Of a stretch of DNA of 64,000 nucleotides, positions 12,453-26,060 are shown one piece after another. The notes below the pieces were generated by a model. That model was not told the origin of the DNA and ran no database searches. It saw nothing but the letters and a program-made list of their open reading frames with translations. Source of the stretch: Paramecium tetraurelia. Lineage: Eukaryota. Positions within the stretch are counted from its first letter, which is position 1; each line of letters opens with the position of its first letter. The position numbers and the translations under genes were made by a program. The stretch covers positions 124,001 to 188,000 of the forward strand of contig CT868563.1 of the NCBI GenBank assembly GCA_000165425.1. Reading direction: 5' to 3'.

Positions 12453-15174
12453 ATGGAAAAAAAATAAGGAGCAGTAAAGCAAATAGTATCCTCGAATTGT
12501 GTGTTAATATCTGGACCAGTCAATAATGAGACAGGAGTGCCAATGACCAAATTCTTGACTTTGTAAGGAATCCAAGCCCCAGAATTCTCATTGACAGATA
12601 AGGAGAATCCAAAATAAGAATCCTTTGGATTTTTGGCAAGGGAGTTCTTGAGAAAGTAAGTGTTAGGATAATAAATTGAATTCACAATCGAACACAAGAT
12701 CAAAGACTAAAATGATAAAGTCATTGGAAGAATCTTTAAAAATGGATAAGATATTGGAGAATTGTAATTAAGAGAAGGATTGGCATAATTAAGACAATAA
12801 GGAAAGCCAAGTCAGGAATATGAGAATGCATAAAATTTGGCTAAATAGAATGGAAAGGGTATATGGTCAAAAAGAGAAGAATTAGTCAAATATAATAAAA
12901 TTGATTTGAAGGATGTCAAACCTAAATAATACACCTAATGTTTTGTTGAAGATGTACAAGGATTGTTTGTATTTTATGCTTACATCCCGGAATTACAAGG
13001 CTTAGTGAAATGCTCATATGGAGAAGTCTTTATGCCAACATCAGTTTCATAAGTGTTGTAAAATAGAGCTAAATGGACAATCTAAGAGTTGATTCTCCAA
13101 TAAGAGGTCACTTTGACAGTCCAAGGACAAGATGAAAAGTTTTAGTCATTGAGAGTAGATATCAAAAAGAAAGATTTAGATGTAAAGAAAGAACTTGTGA
13201 GTTTGGGATACTTTAGATTATCACCAAATGCATTTTAATTAATCAATGATCAAAAGAGGTATATATATTTAATCAAATTTAATAGATACAACGAATTGAA
13301 AGAGACTTAAAGTCAAGCTGAAATCAAATTAATTGGAATATGGAAAGATGCCATGAAATAATAACAATAATAATAAGCAGTTGTCTTATAAGGTGGCAAA
13401 TAGACATATTAAGCCAAAATTATTGAAGTCCATTCAGGAGATCAATTGACTGTCATGAATGTCAACAATAGATAATAATCAAGAGTGTTATTGGCATCAG
13501 TCAAGGCTCCAAAATATTCATTAAAGGAGACTTAACCATTTGGATATGAAGCTAAAGAATTTGTTAGAAAACATGCTATTGGTAAAACAGTTAAAGTGGA
13601 AGTTGAATACGAGAAGAAAATTAAACCAAAGGATATTGAAGGATTAGCTGATGAAGATGATAAGAAAAAGTTATAATAAGAATTAAATATGATCTTCGTT
13701 AACATCATATTAACAGAAGATGGCGATTAAAATTTAGCAGCTTTAGTAGTTGGAGCAGGATATGCAACTGTTCAACCTCCAAGAGGAGATGATGGAGTTT
13801 CTAGATATATTGATGAATTAACAGGTGCTTAAGAATCTGCAAATAAAGCTAAAAAGGGAATCCATGGTAAACCAGTTTAATTGCCTAAGACCACTGATTT
13901 ATCTGTTAATCCTAATTTATAAAGATCTAGAGATGCCTTTGATTCTTTAAGAACATTAAGAAAACTATCTGGAGTTGTTGAATTAGTGTTGAATGGATCA
14001 AGATTAAAATTGAAATTTCATGAATAAAACTTTACATCTATTGTTGTACTTGCTGGAGTCAAATGTTTACCAAACGAGTAAAATCTACCAGAATTTTAAA
14101 AATTCTCAAATATTGCTTTGTAATATGTCAAAGAAAATGCTCTTCAAAGAGATGTTGATATCGAATTGACATCTATAGATAAAAAGGGTATCTTCCCATG
14201 GACACGTTTTCATTGGCAAATAAAGAACCAACTTAGGATTAACACTTCTTGAGTTAGGATTAGCAGTTACATTTAACCCAGTGGCTAATAGTCACGCATA
14301 TCAAGCATTATTTGCTGATGCTGAATCAAAGGCTAAATTGAAGAGAGAAGGTTTATGGGATATCAAAGGATTAGATTTAACTATTGTAAAGGGTGATGAT
14401 GATGTACCTGTTAGATCTGAAATCAAACTGTTGAATGGAGAAGTAATTTATAAACTTAACATTTTAGTTGAAAAAATTAATATTGGTTGAAATCGCAGAT
14501 AGCAATACTCTTTACTTCTAAGACCCAACAGATAAATTGTTAGGATAAATTGAAAAGAGTCTTGGATCATTTACAGCTATTGAAGCTAATAAATTGGTTC
14601 CACCATTCAAAAAGGGTTTGCTTTGTGTTGCTAAATTCTCTGTTGATGGCAACTGGTATAGAGCTAAAATTACAAGAGAATTAAAGAATAGATACGAAGT
14701 CTTATTCGTTGATTATGGAAATGTTGATATTGTCTCACAAAATGATATCAGAAAACTTCCTGAGAATTTGGCTGCATTACCTCCTTAAGCTATTAGATGC
14801 AATTTAGCCTATATTAATGGACCTACGATAAGTCATGAATTAGGCAACAAGGTATTAATATGAGTAATTTTAAAGGTTGGATAATTCATCAGAGATTAAA
14901 TCTTCGAAAAGGAAGTTGTCGTTTCTTTTGAGTATTAGGATGATGTTAGCAAAGGAGTTATTGCCTATTTGACCAAAGAGAATCAACCCAATAAATCACT
15001 TAACATTCTATTGTTATCATAAGGCTTTGCTAAGCTTGATAAAGCAGTATATAAATAGTTTTATATGTGTAGGCTCCTCCTTTACCTTAAAAATTAGAGG
15101 AATGGCTTAAGACAAGTCAAGAGGCTGAAAATAATAGCAAGGGATTATGGAATTACGATGAAGAAACTGAGTGA
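12453..15174 (+). CDS. SND1: Tudor staphylococcal nuclease (Tudor-SN/SND1) with an apparent 1-nt insertion at ~14195
   Basis: SN repeats (AVKQIVSSNCV, ESFGFLAREFLRK, IIEVHSGDQL, PFGYEAKEFVRK, VVELVLNGSRLK) and Tudor CVAKFSVDGNWYRAKI..VLFVDYGN; ends QEAENNSKGLWNY. Confidence 0.92.
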
Positions 15175-15206
15175 TGAATAGTATTTTACAATAATATAAT
15201 AAATTT

Positions 15207-16087
15207 ATGTAAATAACACCTAAAGCTATAACAGCACTTTCTAAATTATTGTCTTAGAATTCCTCAAATAATGTAAGAATTTTATGATTTAGTAAGAAAT
15301 AAAGTTAAAATGATGCAAAGCCTAAATCGAATCAGAATAGCAAGAATTGCAGATCGATTAATAATAATGAATTCAAAAATTTCATCTCTAAACCATCTTT
15401 ATCAAATGAACCCAATTATAGTGTTAAAAATGAATTGATATCTGTGCTCAACAGTAGCAAAGAGAAATCGGTTAAATCCAATTTAAAACCACATCACAGT
15501 CTAAATTATCTTTTATTATCATAATAACAACTATCTGCTAGGAATAGTTTTCAAAAAAAGAGACCTCCTTAAATTAATGTTGAGGAAAGCACAGACATTT
15601 AAAAACATCCTTAGAGTGCTAAGAATGTCAATTAAATGAGTCCATTGCATTATTGTCCTAATTAGAAATCGCAATAATCTCAAAAATCAATCAAATACCC
15701 TAAAGGTATGAATGTGTTTAGCTCATTAAATGAGATATTAGGGTAATATGTTCAAAAGAGGAGTTATTAAAAATGTAATTTACAATACTTTAATTAGAGG
15801 CTGGAACTGGAGAAGGGACAAAATTGGTTGTATGCAGATCAGCAAGAAATCAAGAATAAAAATAAGAAAAACAAATATATCTATCTGAAAATAAACAATA
15901 GCAATCGCATTCATAATATTTTGATTCATAATAATTGAACAAATTATATTTGTATGCAGCATAAATTTTGAAAGCATACTAAACTAAAGAAATGATTTGG
16001 AAACAATAAAAATAAAGCTTGAGAAGTGAGATTGTATTTCTAAAATAATTACTACAATAATAAGAACAGTAATAAAACGATGAGTGA
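15207..16087 (+). CDS. Hypothetical low-complexity protein with C-terminal coiled-coil
   Basis: Continuous code-6 ORF after removing introns at 15273-15296 and ~15775-15797; C-terminal LYAAQILKAYQTKEMIWKQQKQSLRSEIVFLKQLL. Confidence 0.6.
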
Positions 16088-16269
16088 TATTCATTTTTTG
16101 TAATTTCAATCAAATTTATATTAAATTTACTTTTTTATAGATTCTTTTGTAAATTCCCTAATGATCTTAATAATAAATTATTTTATTACATTATTTTGAT
16201 ATTATGATCACAATGACGTCAACATAGTAATGAAAAAGAAGAAAAAAATTTAAAATAACCATTATTTTA

Positions 16270-17584
16270 ATGAAATATATTTTGTTATTGTTGGCTATTG
16301 GAGTGTTCCAAGTAAGTGCTGTGAATTGGGCATTGCTGGTTTCAGGTTCAAATGCATTCTACAACTATCGACATCAAGCTGATGTATGTCATTCATACAA
16401 AACATTAATAAGAAATGGTTATTCTCCAGAAAATGTGATTGTGTTTGCATATGATGATATAGCATAGAACAGATAAAACATATACAAAGGGGCTATATAT
16501 AACTAGCCAAATAAAGATGGATTTTCAGAAAATGTGTATGATGGTTGTGTTATCGATTACACTAAGACTGACGTCAACCCAGCAAATTTCCTCAATGTTT
16601 TGAAAGGAAATTACGATCACTTACCTGATGGTCATAAATTTATCAATTCTACTAGAGAAGACAACATTTTTGTATATTTCTCGGATCATGGATCTCCAGG
16701 TTTAATTGCTTTTCCTACTAGTTATCTCTATGAATAAGAATTAATAGAAACCTTTTAATACATGTATGAGAATGACAGATACAACAAACTAGTATTCTAT
16801 TTGGAAACTTGTGAATCTGGATCCATGTTTGTGAATCTACCAACAAATCATAGAATTTATGCATTATCTGCTGCCAATCCATTTGAATCATCTTGGGGAA
16901 CATATTGCCCACCAGATGATGTTGTCAATGGAAAGAGTCTAGGAACTTGTTTAGGGGATGAATTTTCAGTCACTTTCTTAGAAAATGTGGATCTTGGTGA
17001 TTTTTCATAGTCTCTCTAAGAACATTTTGAATTTATCAGAGATCACACATTATTATCAAATGTTATGCAATGGGGTGATGTCTCATTTACAAGTGATACA
17101 ATTAAAGAGTTCTTTTGGGGACGTAGATTCTAAGAGAAAAGAAAGATGTGTCCTAAAGATGCCTTTTTTATGAATGAAGAGGTATTAAACAATATTATTT
17201 AATATAGAATGTTTCCAGATGGGATTCAAGAGACAACAAATTGTTATTCTATTAAAATAGATTCAATCAAACAGGTGATTTGGAAGACTTCATTGAATTG
17301 GAAAAAGAAATCAAATCCAGAGCATACTTTGACACTATCGTAAATATTGCTCATTTATTTAGTTTGGTGAATTGCAATAATCATTGAAATTGACTGGAGA
17401 TTATCATTTTGCCTTAAACTAGAATTGCCTAAAGTCAGTAATTGAAATATTTGAAGACAAATGCACCAAATTAACTGATTACGGACTTAAGTATGTTAAA
17501 TTATTTGGAGAGATGTGTGACAGCACAAACTTACTTCAAATTTAATTAAATATGGTAGTATCAACTTTATGTATGACCGAATGA
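16270..17584 (+). CDS. Legumain / asparaginyl endopeptidase (peptidase C13)
   Basis: Signal peptide, [23 protein letters not shown], catalytic YFSDHG and [17 protein letters not shown] and a C-terminal prodomain. Confidence 0.95.
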
Positions 17585-17786
17585 TTTATCTAATTTAATA
17601 ACAAAATATTTCCATTTTTAATTAAGATAATTAAGAGTATTGGCTTAGCTAGAAATTAATTATAAGATGATAATACAATTAGTATCGGTATTCCAAATGA
17701 TTATTAATAGACTCGAAATAAATATGGAGGAATGATTTTAATTATAAATAATAATAATTCAATCTTAATTAGTATATCAATCTTCA

Positions 17787-20700
17787 ATGTTAAAAAGTTA
17801 GGAAATTCAAAATTAGTTAAGTGAAAACATCATTAAAGAAGAAATAGATGAAAAGGAATTATTGAAAAGCAGACAATTTTCCACCTACAAAAAGTCTAAC
17901 TGTTAAGAGCCATCTGGGATTAAGTAAATTATTGTTTAACTTTGAGGAAATACAAATCACAAATTATTGATTCAGATGAAGAAGACGATAAGAAAGATCC
18001 TGATAATAATGATGAAGAAGTAGAATTTAAGGTGTGGACCAGTTTAAAGAAGTCTACTATTTTACCCTAACGTGTATAAATTTCATAAAAGAGTGTTGAA
18101 AAAGATGTAGATGCCAACAATTTAAAACCATTAGATTTCGAGGAGGTTTTAAGATAAAGTTAGATAACCTTCAGTTAACATAGATAGAACTTTACAAATG
18201 ATGAATCAGATGCTAGGCCTTAATTTAAAAGTGTGAGAATTACTCAAATAGATTCAGATGATGATGATGAAGAACTAGTCGATAAAGTAGCTTTAAATAT
18301 TGAAGCCCATCCAGATTTGGATACAGAAATAACGGCTGATAATAAAGTAATGATGAGCGTCATACAGAGTAAGTTATCTTAATCAATTTAATAACAATTC
18401 AAATAGCAATAATCTTTAAATTAATAATAGAACATTGACGAACAGGAAGAGATCTTTAAGTCTAAGATTGTTTTCATCAATAAAACACCAGTGATAATAA
18501 GAGAAGATGATCTATACATTCGTAAAGTCAGAAGAATACAAAATTATTTTAGATTTGTCAAGCCTTTTAAAAAACTTAAAAAATAGCATCGCTACAGAGT
18601 AAATATAATAAATGAGTTAATATACACAGAAAAAAATTATGTAAACGATCTTAACTCTATCAGAGAGCAAATATAAAAGCCTCTCTTCTAATTGATTGAT
18701 TCTTAATATGACTTGAAAATTATGTTTAATCTGGATAGTATTTGTGAATTTAACTAAGAATTTTTGAAAGTTCTTTTATCTAAAACTCAGAATTTTAAAG
18801 AAAAACCTTATGCCAAGATTATGGATGAAATTGTTGTCTTGTTGCCAGGTTTTAGGTTTTATTTCGATTACTGTAAAGAATATTAAGCTACTCGAAAAAT
18901 ACGAGATCACTACTCAAACACAAATTAGGTTTATCAAAAGTTTTTTAATGATTTGCTAGAGAGACAACCAAATTTCTTCAACAACTTAGATTTGGAAAGC
19001 TATCTTATTAAACCTGTTTAGAGGTTACCTAAATATATTTTATTATTCAAAGATTTATTAAAGCATACTAATAAAGAACATCCAGATCATACCAATATTG
19101 AATAATGTTTGAAGCTCTTCTAATAAATCAATGATAAAAATAATCATTAAATCAAAACTTATTTAGAATAATTAAAATTGGTGGAACTTTAAAATTACTT
19201 TGGATAGCACATAATACTTGTTGAACCTGGCAGAGTATTTTGCTTTGAAGACTTTTGCTCCACTTATACAGATAAACTACATAATAATATAATTTTATAT
19301 GCATTTAATAATCTGTTGTTGTTTGCCTAAAATAAGTAAAATGGATAATAGGGGTATTTTTCTCATCTCCACTTAACATATCAATCATATGTGAAAGATA
19401 AAGAAAATACAGATTATTTTGAGCATTTTTTTGAAGTAGTTAATAAGACTGAATCTATCATCATGATTAATCAAGATAACGAATCGAAAATGGCATTAAT
19501 GTCGAAGATATAAGAAATAATCCAGTAACTTAAAGAAAAATAAACCAATATGCTAAATGTAAAAAAACAAGCAAGTTTTATATCTGAACCTAATAATAAT
19601 ACTCAAAAAGACTAAAAGTGTGATTATGAAATAAAAGTGATTGTTATTGGAACTGAAATAAGAAACTCAAAATTTAATCCTTATACAGTATATGTAGCCA
19701 ATATTTTCATTTAAGAATATTAAACAAAGGTATTTGTAAGATACAGCCAAATAGTTTCCTTATAAACGATTGTCAATAAGTACGATTCAGGTTTAAAAGT
19801 GCCAGTGTTGTAAACATTGAATTGGTTTCTTTCAAATGATGAAAAGGTAATAGATGAGAGAAAACTATTAATTGAAAAATTCATATCCTCAGTGTTGAAT
19901 TCTTAAAAATGTCAAAACACTATCGAATATTAAAAATAGGTTTTGGAACTGCTCAATCTAAACCCAGATTTCTTTTAAATTCCTTTAGAACAGAATCCGA
20001 ATTCTAACAATAAATTAGGAGATGATGACATGAGGAAAATGGTCTTGTAGAGTTAATTTTCTTTTGGCATTAAACCTAACTTACTTTAATCAATGATTAT
20101 GAAAGGAAAGTCTACAAACATCATGTAAGCAGCTAAAGCCTCTATCTAGAGATTGAACATTACGGCTATTGAACAAGGTAATTAAATAGTGATTGGATAA
20201 GAGGCATCTAAATAACCATACTGTATAGAGGTAAGTCTCATGGATGATAGAAAAATAATGGTGGGATTCAAAAAGCAAACCTTAACTTTATTTATTAAAA
20301 ATGAAGTTGCTAAATTTGTAGGATTAAAATAGTGGCTTGATTTTAGATTATTCATTGTAGATTAGAATAAAGATCAACGAGTTATTGATGATGATGAAAC
20401 AATGTCATCTATATTGGATGCTCACATAAATGAAAACACAGGTTTGATAAATGCTTTCAAGAAGTTATTAACGGTTTAACAGAAATTCTAATTTGTATTC
20501 AGAAAATACTTCTACTTGCAATGGAAATAAGAAGAAGCCGATTACAGTTAGGATCAATAACGACTTTTATATCTAATAAATGATATACTTTGGGAAATAA
20601 GAAATGAAAATTTTCAATACAATTTCAATCAATTTTGTTTGATAGTTGCATTATTCTTCTATTCAACTGGCACCTCTCAAGATTAGCTTTCTTAGCTTAT

Positions 20701-21266
20701 GTATAAAATAATCCCTAAGAACAGTTTAAAAAAGAAAAAAGATGAAGTTTGGCTGAAAGAAATTGTTTATAATATAAATGCTTTATAATAAGAGCTAAAA
20801 AATTTATAAAAAGACAAATTATAATAAAAGAATCAAAAATGTCTTAACAATTCTATATCTGGATAAGCTTAGTTAATGCTGATGAATTACTTGAAAACTC
20901 ACTCCCTTTTTGGAATGTAATAATTTTTGGTTGAATGCAACAAATAAACCATTTAACTTATCTAAAAGAATTTTAATATTAAAATTAGTAGCCATATGTT
21001 TATTGGATTAAATTATTCTGGATATCATATTTTGAACCCTGAAACAAAGGCAATACTTTATAAGTGTCAATATCAAAAAATGACTGAAATGAAAGCTTGC
21101 ACAACAGAATTTTCATGTATCATTGACTCCACAAAATTATCTTTTAAGACTTAACTTTCTTTTGAAGTAATAATTTATTTAATTTCTTTAGATAAAATCA
21201 TTGATTCTTGAGTTTAAGTAATTATAGGAATTTACTAACCAAATTGCTTGTGGTGGTGCACATTGA
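17787..21266 (+). CDS. RhoGEF (DH)-PH-PX-FERM multidomain protein
   Basis: DH: RVNIINELIYTEKNYVNDL...LESYLIKPVQRLPKYILLFKDLLKHT. PH ~19200-19530. PX: YTVY..VFVRYSQ..P..IDERKLLIEKFI. FERM: IEVSLMDD..VGLK..FRLF..FVFRKYFY. The start codon is uncertain. Confidence 0.8.
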
Positions 21267-21587
21267 TTTTGTTTTTAATTTCCTTAAATAATATTACCTT
21301 ATATCTATATTATATCTATTTTATTTTTATTTTAGTCTTATACTTATATTTATATGTGATGCAAGCCTATTTACATTAATTAGGTTATTCTTGTAATATT
21401 GTAAGTTCTACAGATTAATAACTCTATAGTTCCAATCCATAGAGAGTTGATTTCAAAAGATTGTGTAGTATTGAACAGGATTATTTGCTAATAAACAGCA
21501 GATACTAGAGAGATATTCATCTCTGACTATTTAAGCTAAAAATGAAATCTTCTCTTGAAATTATTAATTATTTTTTATATATAGTAT

Positions 21588-23063
21588 TCATAATAAAGAT
21601 AATAAGTATTATTATAGTGATTTAAGTTATTCTTTAATGAATTGCTTGCATTCTAGAAGTGAAAGTTCTTTTCTTTCTTGACATCTCGAAATTAAGTAAA
21701 GGATTATTTTGTTCGGCATTTCTTTGGATATTTTTTAATTTATTTTTAAGGCATCACTTAGCCATTTCGCGTTAACATTCATAGATTCCACATCATTCTT
21801 ATATTATATATACTCAAGTCTCAAAATATTATTATGTTTTTCAACTATGTTCCTCAATTCAGAAATCAACTTCTCCTTCTCTTACAGTAGTTTAAATTGG
21901 TTAAGGAGTTTAAGTGCTTCAATAATTATTTCATTTTTTGAAAAATAACATTCAATTGAAAATGAAATCAATTCAACATTTGATTATCTCAAATATTATT
22001 GAAACTCTAAATGATCAAATATCCCATAACATTATAAGCATATTTTACAGCCATTTGTGATAGAATTTTCATCTCCCCCTGTGATTTTATATTTTACAGG
22101 TTATGAATGATATGGGCATTCCTCTACTTATTATTGATCAACAGAATGCATTTGTATTTAAGAAATTAATGGCTATTCACATGATGTAGTTTGAGAATCT
22201 AGAGATATTTTTCTGTTATCCTTTTAAATAAAACAATGTGGACTTTGCTAATAATACTCATTTAGGGTCTATATAATCCAATTTAAGTCTTTCCTTTATA
22301 TAGGGTCCTTTTAAATAGAATTTATTAATATGCTTTTGATTAAACTCTTTTTATTATCAAAATTTGCAGGTTCCGCATATTACTTATCTCTTATAATATA
22401 ATCGATGGTTCTTATTTTACTGAATACTTCTTCTTCAGTAAACCCATTATAAAATGGAGTTTTATGAATTAATTCATCAATAATTAAGCCTAATGCCCAA
22501 ATATCCACAGATTTGTCATATTCTTGTTCCTTCAATATTTCTGGAGCAACGTAATAGGCTGTTCCAACTTTAATTGTCGTCATTCTGTCTAGTTTCACGC
22601 TACTGAAACCGAAATCCGTTATTTTATAGGTTTCAACCCCTAATTCATCAATTTATCTCAAAATATTCTCAGGTTTAACGTCTCTATGCACAATATTTTT
22701 GCTATGTAAAAAGTTTAATCCGTTTGCAATTTAAAGTGCAATGCTTACTATTTATTCTTCAGTAAATTATTTAGTATTCATCATTTCATATAATGTACCA
22801 CCATTGCAATATTCTTAAACTATAAATAGAGCTTCAGGTTAATCAAAAATATCAAACAATTAAACTACATTTTAATGTTTAAATTATGACAATCGATAGA
22901 GGATTCTTTTCTCCTATTGAGAAATAGCAAGATTTCTATTACTAATTTTAACAGCAACTTTTTATTGATTTGATTTTTTAACGCCCAAAAACACTTATGA
23001 AAATGCCCCCTATCCAAGCAATTAGTTTTTAGTTTCATAATATTCTTCATATCGACTTTTCAT
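21588..23063 (-). CDS. Ser/Thr protein kinase with a C-terminal Cys/His motif and helical tail
   Basis: LGQGAFSQV, VAVK, HRDVKPEN, DFG, GTAYYVAPE and DIWALG; later CPYH...GCKICLQC. Confidence 0.9.
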
Positions 23064-23575
23064 TTCTTATCAATTTAAATTATTTATTTAACTCAGTTAT
23101 AATAAAATTTAGAATTCATGAATGGTAGGGAATTCAAATTAATATGTTTTCTCAAGATTTAGGCTTCACAAAGTAAAGAACTATACTAGGATTCCTTAAA
23201 ATGAGAACTCAAGAAATTAGTCATATATTGTTGAATATATTAATTCATGGATGTTATTACAAGAAGAGACCAAATTATAAATTGTCTATTTGAGTATTTA
23301 TTTCTTAATTCGCAGTCGGTATTTTTGTTTTAGTAATTCACAACTCATCGCCAAAAATATTAAAGTAATTAATAAAATTGAAAAATTAAATTAAAGTTTC
23401 AATTGAAAATCGAAACACCTTAATATTAGGTATGAGATTATGAAATAAATCTAAATTGAAGCAACAAACAATTAAGAATATTTTTGAAATCCACTCATTT
23501 AAGTTAAAGTTGAAAAGATCGAATAATAATTTTATAATGTAAACTATTTTTATTTAAAGATTGAAAGGTTATAAA

Positions 23576-25488
23576 TCAATTGTTATCATCTTCTATTAAC
23601 AGTAACTTAGGGAATGATTTGGGAGATTTTTCGTATTTGTTTCTACAAGATGTAATAAACAACAATTGATGCTATTATTCATTAATATCGCTTTAATCAG
23701 TTTATATCCGTTTTTTTATATTACTTTGAGAATGAAGACTGTTGAAATGGCGAAGTGATAAAGAAATATTTTTATTGAGTGTATTTGGTTTATTTGATGG
23801 TTAAATATTTAGCAAATTTTGATATTTCTTATAAGATTCCCTTCTTGATGATTGATAGAACTATAATATTTTGGATGGAGATAGTGAAGATCCATCAGTT
23901 AATTAATATTAATGTTAAAAAGAAATTATATTCTCAAAGTTCTCTTCGGTTTAATTAAATTTGGATTAAGATTTAGACAAATTTAATTTAAAGTTTTTAA
24001 TTTCATTAGAGAGACTCAATTCTTACTTACTTTTTTATTGGAGATGTCTATTGTTCATATAAAACAGCTTTTCTTATTCTTTTTATATATTTTATTGCAA
24101 TTCAGAATTAGGTACAAGGAGATCTTTTTGTAACTTATCTTTGTATTTTAATTGAAATGCTTTTTAGTTTCTTCTCACACTTTAAGAGAGAGTCAAGAGT
24201 TTTTTATTTCCAGATCGTAAGACTTTCGATTAATCAATGTGTTTTTTTTAAACATCTATAAGTTCATCAAATGGTACTGGAGTCTATTGATTTGATGTTG
24301 TATTAACAATTGAATTTTAACAATTTTAAATACTCTACATCATTTATTAGTATCGTTAGGATATATATTAATTATTTTTTTCTTAAATTTCTTTTAAGAG
24401 ATTAACAATTTATGGAAAATTCTTCCTAATTTTTCTAAATTCCTCTGCCTCCATATAATAGGCAGAAGTATTATCAACACATTGGCAATTATACTTTCTT
24501 TTAGGTAATTCTTCTATAAGTTCTTCTTAACCTACAACACCTCCATCTGTTATTTAACTTAGCTAAAATAAAAATAATATGCATACTATAACTTTCTTGA
24601 GAACAATGTTAAATAGATTATTAGGAATAACTCTATTTTTTAATTGTTTCTGATCATCTAATTTCGTATAGATATCGACTCTTCCACTTACGATAATTAA
24701 TAGATTTTAAGGTTCATCTCCTGCTTACCATAGGATAGATTGCGAAGTAAATTTGATAGGTCTTAAATACTACACAAATTTTTAGATAATAAAAGGCTAG
24801 ATTCCAGGAAATATTTTGGAGTATAAACTCATAGCCTTTTTTTATTCTTAAATGGCCTTATCACAAATTAGCTTATATTAAATTCGATTAATTGATATGC
24901 AATGCAAAATATCTGATAGAACTATCAAACTAGCTGTTCTAGGTTTATCAGAGGTCAGGGCCACATCTCCAAAGCATTATCCGGATATGTATTAAAATAC
25001 CTATAGTGTATAAGACGATGATATACTTTTTGGAATCTAAATATGCCATCTTAATAGTAAATAGGATTATCCCTATTTTCATACAGTGGGTCATCTAAGA
25101 AAAGCATCCTCCTATTTTTTTTTAAATTTTCTTAAGCCAACTCTTCTTAGATTTATTCTTGTGACTTTGGAATGTAAACCCCAGCTTATCCTTTCAGTAT
25201 AATGTACATCTTATCACCGAAGTCTCCATAGTTGAAAATGATTTATCCGTAAGAAAAACACTCATATTTTGCATGCTTTGTTGTTTGCATAACAAAATCT
25301 TTAAGTTGGGTTCCCTCAGGACAATTATTTTTAAAGAATTATATCTGAAGCAAAGAATCTACTAATTATTCATTTTATTATTTTGGATTGATGAAATATT
25401 CAAGTGCTTTTGACAATAAAGCTTCGATTTACAACTATTATTTCAGAAGTTGCTCTTACTGATTTGGCTTTTGATTAGATTATTTCAT
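23576..25488 (-). CDS. Tandem cyclic-nucleotide-binding-domain protein
   Basis: IIFNYGDFGDKMYIILKG...GQCFGDVALTSDKPRTAS, then a second domain LWQAGDEP..LIIVSGRV...GVVGQEELI...R. It reads through in frame into a long low-complexity tail ending at 23576. Confidence 0.85.
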
Positions 25489-26060
25489 CTCAAATAAATA
25501 TAAAATTAATTTTAATTACTTTAACCTTATGAATTAATACATATTTGAATGCATGATTGTTCATCTATTTTCAACTTAGCTGTTCTGTTATTAGCTTAAT
25601 TGATGATGCAATAATATAGAAATTATTTATGTTAGATGATATGTAAACTATTTTCAAATATAAAATATTTTTAATTTTTATATACTGCCTTTCCCTTTTA
25701 TTTGATAATTTAATTGAAATATCTAGATAACCTTTAATTATTCGAAAGAACTTACCCTCTATTTTAATAAGAATAAATCGTAACTATAAGGAGATAAAAG
25801 TTTTATATTTTAAGAACATTTTAGGGGTGAAGTAATTTTAACTATTTTTTGGATTAAAAATTAACGATTTATGTGATAGATCTATGAGTGATTTAAATAT
25901 TAATAGTTCTAATTTATCGAACATAATTCTTTAGAATGATATCCCCAATTAAGTTTAAGGGTTTTGAATAAGATGACAGAGATATGTGATTTGTTTTAAT
26001 TGGTTTTTTTCTTTTTATTATTTGTCATTATTGAATGTAAATTATTAATTTTTATACTTG

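Noticed and set aside
12365..12703. 112-aa minus-strand ORF
   Set aside because: Antisense to the Tudor-SN 5' region, with no recognisable motifs.
21350..21588. Possible read-through or selenocysteine extension past the kinase TGA
   Set aside because: The extension is short and has no recognisable motif, and no SECIS-like hairpin is visible.
23576..24343. Apparent separate gene starting at ATG 24343
   Set aside because: It is in frame with, and is the C-terminal part of, the cNMP-binding gene.
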